From contig JBHGNT010001358.1 in the NCBI GenBank assembly GCA_043228905.1, forward strand, positions 1-9,457: 9,457 nt of DNA, read 5' to 3'. Positions 8,027 through 9,457 of the stretch are shown piece after piece. Source of the DNA: Azolla caroliniana (Eukaryota; Plantae; Polypodiophyta). Below the pieces are notes generated by a model, which was given only the letters and a program-made list of their open reading frames with translations, was not told where the DNA came from and searched no databases. Position 1 is the first letter of the stretch, and every line of letters begins with the position of its first letter. The position numbers were made by a program, and so were the translations under genes.

Positions 8027-8124
8027 CTTTTAGTTGGATGGCCTCTGCTTTTAGTTGCATGCTTCCATTTTTAGATGCATGCCTTTTACTTTTAGTTGCA
8101 TGGCCTTGGCTTTTGGTTGCATGC
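8027..8124. repeat. Five-copy ~21-bp minisatellite, consensus CTTTTAGTTGCATG-N7
   Basis: Units start at 8027, 8048, 8068, 8089 and 8110. Confidence 0.88.
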
Positions 8125-8209
8125 AATTGTCTGTATAATTCGGCCAAATGACACAATCATCCATAAAGTTTAGCCCGTGCGCAATCCGTACGTGTGTCAC
8201 AACCAAACC

Positions 8210-8374
8210 GTAGACGCGTCCGCGCGCAAAAGTCCCGACCGCGTAGTAGTGTACGCATCCATGTATGCGCGCGTCCCAACCGCGCCGTAGTGTACGCATC
8301 CACGCGCGCGCGCGTTCAACCCGCACCGTGTACACATTCGCGCACAAAAAGCTCGACCGCGCCGTAGTGTACGC
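8210..8374. repeat. Degenerate ~41-bp subrepeats related to the CpG-rich array
   Basis: GTAGTGTACGCATC occurs at 8246, 8287 and 8364, and again within the array. (CG)6 lies at 8303-8314. Confidence 0.7.
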
Positions 8375-8851
8375 ATCGCATCCGCGCGCTTGTCCGCACA
8401 TACGCGTCCGTCCGAAACGTTCACGCGTACGCCCGAAACTTGCACACGTGCGTACATCCGAAGACGTCCATGCGCAAAAAGCTCAACCGCACCGTAGTGT
8501 ACGCATCGCATCCGCGCGCTTGTCCGCACATACGCGTCCGTCCGAAACGTTCACGCGTACGCCCGAAACTTGCAGACGCGCGTACATCCGAAGACGTCCA
8601 TGTGCGGGTACATTCGAAAACGTATCGCATCCGCGCGCTTGTCCGCACATACGCGTCCCTCCGAAACGTTCACGCGTACGCCCGAAACTTGCACACGCGC
8701 GTACATCCGAAGACGTCCATGCGCAAAAAGCTCGACCACACCGTAGTGTACGCATCGCATCCGCGCGCTTGTCCGCACATACGCGTCCGTCCGAAACTTG
8801 CAGACGCGCGTACATCCGAAGACGTCCATGTGCGCGTACATTCGAAAACGT
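8375..8851. repeat. CpG-rich higher-order tandem array (130+119 bp = 249-bp dimer, two copies) inside element A LTR
   Basis: ATCGCATCCGCGCGCTTGTCCGCACATACGCGTCC starts at 8375, 8505, 8624 and 8754. Units 1 and 3 share one tail; units 2 and 4 share another. Unit 4 lacks 21 bp. Confidence 0.92.
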
Positions 8852-9209
8852 CAACACAGCCATGCACACACGCGTACATCCGAAGCGTGCACACCACATA
8901 GTGAAGCCCAAGTTACCTGGAACATTCTATGCTCCACACATTGATAGAATAAATATGTTTTGGTTTCCCTTATATATTCTGGGTTCCAATGTTGTCCTAT
9001 CTATGTGGGATATCTCACAGTTTTGTCTTTTCTTTTCGTTTTTTCAAACTTTACACTCACATAACTTGATACTTATTTATCCGTTTTATGCGTAGTAAAA
9101 TACGTTATGAAGCTCTTGAACACATCTATCTTTCCATATCCATATATTAAGCTAATCCTAAATAATTATTTTACTAGTTTTTATATCGTCTGTGAAAAAC
9201 CACACGACA

Positions 9210-9421
9210 ACGCGCGGACTAAGCATGTCGAAGTGCACTACCACTTCATCCGTAAACACGTGCAGGCCAGAGATATAGACTTACACCACATCAGCACGAA
9301 TCTACAAGTAGCGGACATTTTCACGAAAGCTTTGGGTATCAACAAGTTGCGGTAGTTCATGTCGAACCTTGGCCGATCTATTCCCGACCAGCTGAGCTTG
9401 AGGGGGAGTACAAAACAGTGA
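9210..9421 (+). pseudogene. C-terminal RNase H remnant of an older Ty1/copia element (element D)
   Basis: Translates as ARTKHVEVHYHFIRKHV...HISTNLQVADIFTKALG...LR*FMSNLG...LSLRGSTKQ*. It begins abruptly at the outer end of the element A LTR, has a premature TAG at 9353, and is clearly divergent from the RNase H of element B. Confidence 0.9.
9400..9408 (+). promoter_or_regulatory. PPT-like tract of element D
   Basis: GAGGGGGAG at the typical LRGS end of copia pol, but followed by TA rather than a TG LTR start. Confidence 0.5.
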
Positions 9422-9457
9422 ATCGATCGATTGATTGAAGCCAAGCAAGGAGTACGC

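Larger units (their letters stand above)
1305..9209 (-). mobile_element. Ty3/gypsy-type LTR retrotransposon (element A), 5' part only: LTR, tRNA-Trp PBS and gag; interrupted by B and truncated in this window by C
   Basis: On the minus strand the order is LTR (9209 to 7592), PBS (7583 to 7566), ATG 7534 and a gag-like frame ending in a CCHC-type knuckle. No pol is visible in the window, so the superfamily is inferred from PBS type and gag-like motifs. Confidence 0.8.
7592..9209 (-). repeat. 5' LTR of element A (about 1618 bp)
   Basis: 7-bp terminal inverted repeats TGTCGTG (7592-7598) and CACGACA (9203-9209). The inner end is 8 bp from the PBS and the outer end abuts unrelated copia RNase H coding sequence. 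Minus-strand AATAAA at 7726-7731 and a TATA-like AATATAT at 7975-7981. The partner LTR is not in the window. Confidence 0.8.

Noticed and set aside
7758-8156. Minus-strand 132-aa ORF with heptad-like repeats
   Set aside because: The periodicity comes from the 21-bp minisatellite. One 20-bp unit shifts the repeat's reading frame, and the rest is low-complexity LTR sequence.
8375-8851. CRISPR-like repeat array
   Set aside because: Units are contiguous 98-130-bp tandem copies with no unique spacers. There are no cas genes and the context is a eukaryotic LTR.
8051-9095. Many overlapping ORFs, including the 276-aa ORF 8265-9095
   Set aside because: They result from a stop-poor GC-rich tandem repeat that is open in most frames on both strands. 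The translations are repetitive with no domain.
9107-9355. 82-aa ORF as a real gene
   Set aside because: It is a chimera of the AT-rich end of LTR A (9107-9209) read into the RNase H remnant of element D.

Overview
This is plant-type, repeat-dense DNA with no host gene. The whole window reads as a nested stack of four LTR retrotransposons. (B) A structurally complete but mutationally dead Ty1/copia element of Tto1/Tnt1 (Tork-like) type lies on the + strand at 1688-6969. It has two LTRs about 96% identical, a TTTGG target-site duplication (TSD), a tRNA-iMet primer-binding site (PBS), a polypurine tract (PPT) and a gag-PR-INT-RT-RH pseudogene. (A) B sits inside the gag gene of a minus-strand Ty3/gypsy-type element; removing B and one TSD copy restores that gag frame. 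A has an 18-nt tRNA-Trp-like PBS (7566-7583) and a 1.6-kb LTR (7592-9209) packed with tandem repeats, including a CpG-rich 249-bp higher-order array and phased TGCATG motifs. (C) A's gag is cut at 1304/1305 by the 5' LTR (864-1304) of another minus-strand element with a tRNA-Arg-type PBS, which runs off the left edge. (D) A itself interrupts the RNase H region of an older + strand copia (9210-9421). I found no evidence of a new protein-coding system. The most unusual signals are the nesting architecture, the modular repeat-built LTR of A, the strong CCGG excess confined to B, and a CG/CHG-specific decay signature. All counts are by hand, and lineage names are inferred from recalled motifs, not from database searches.
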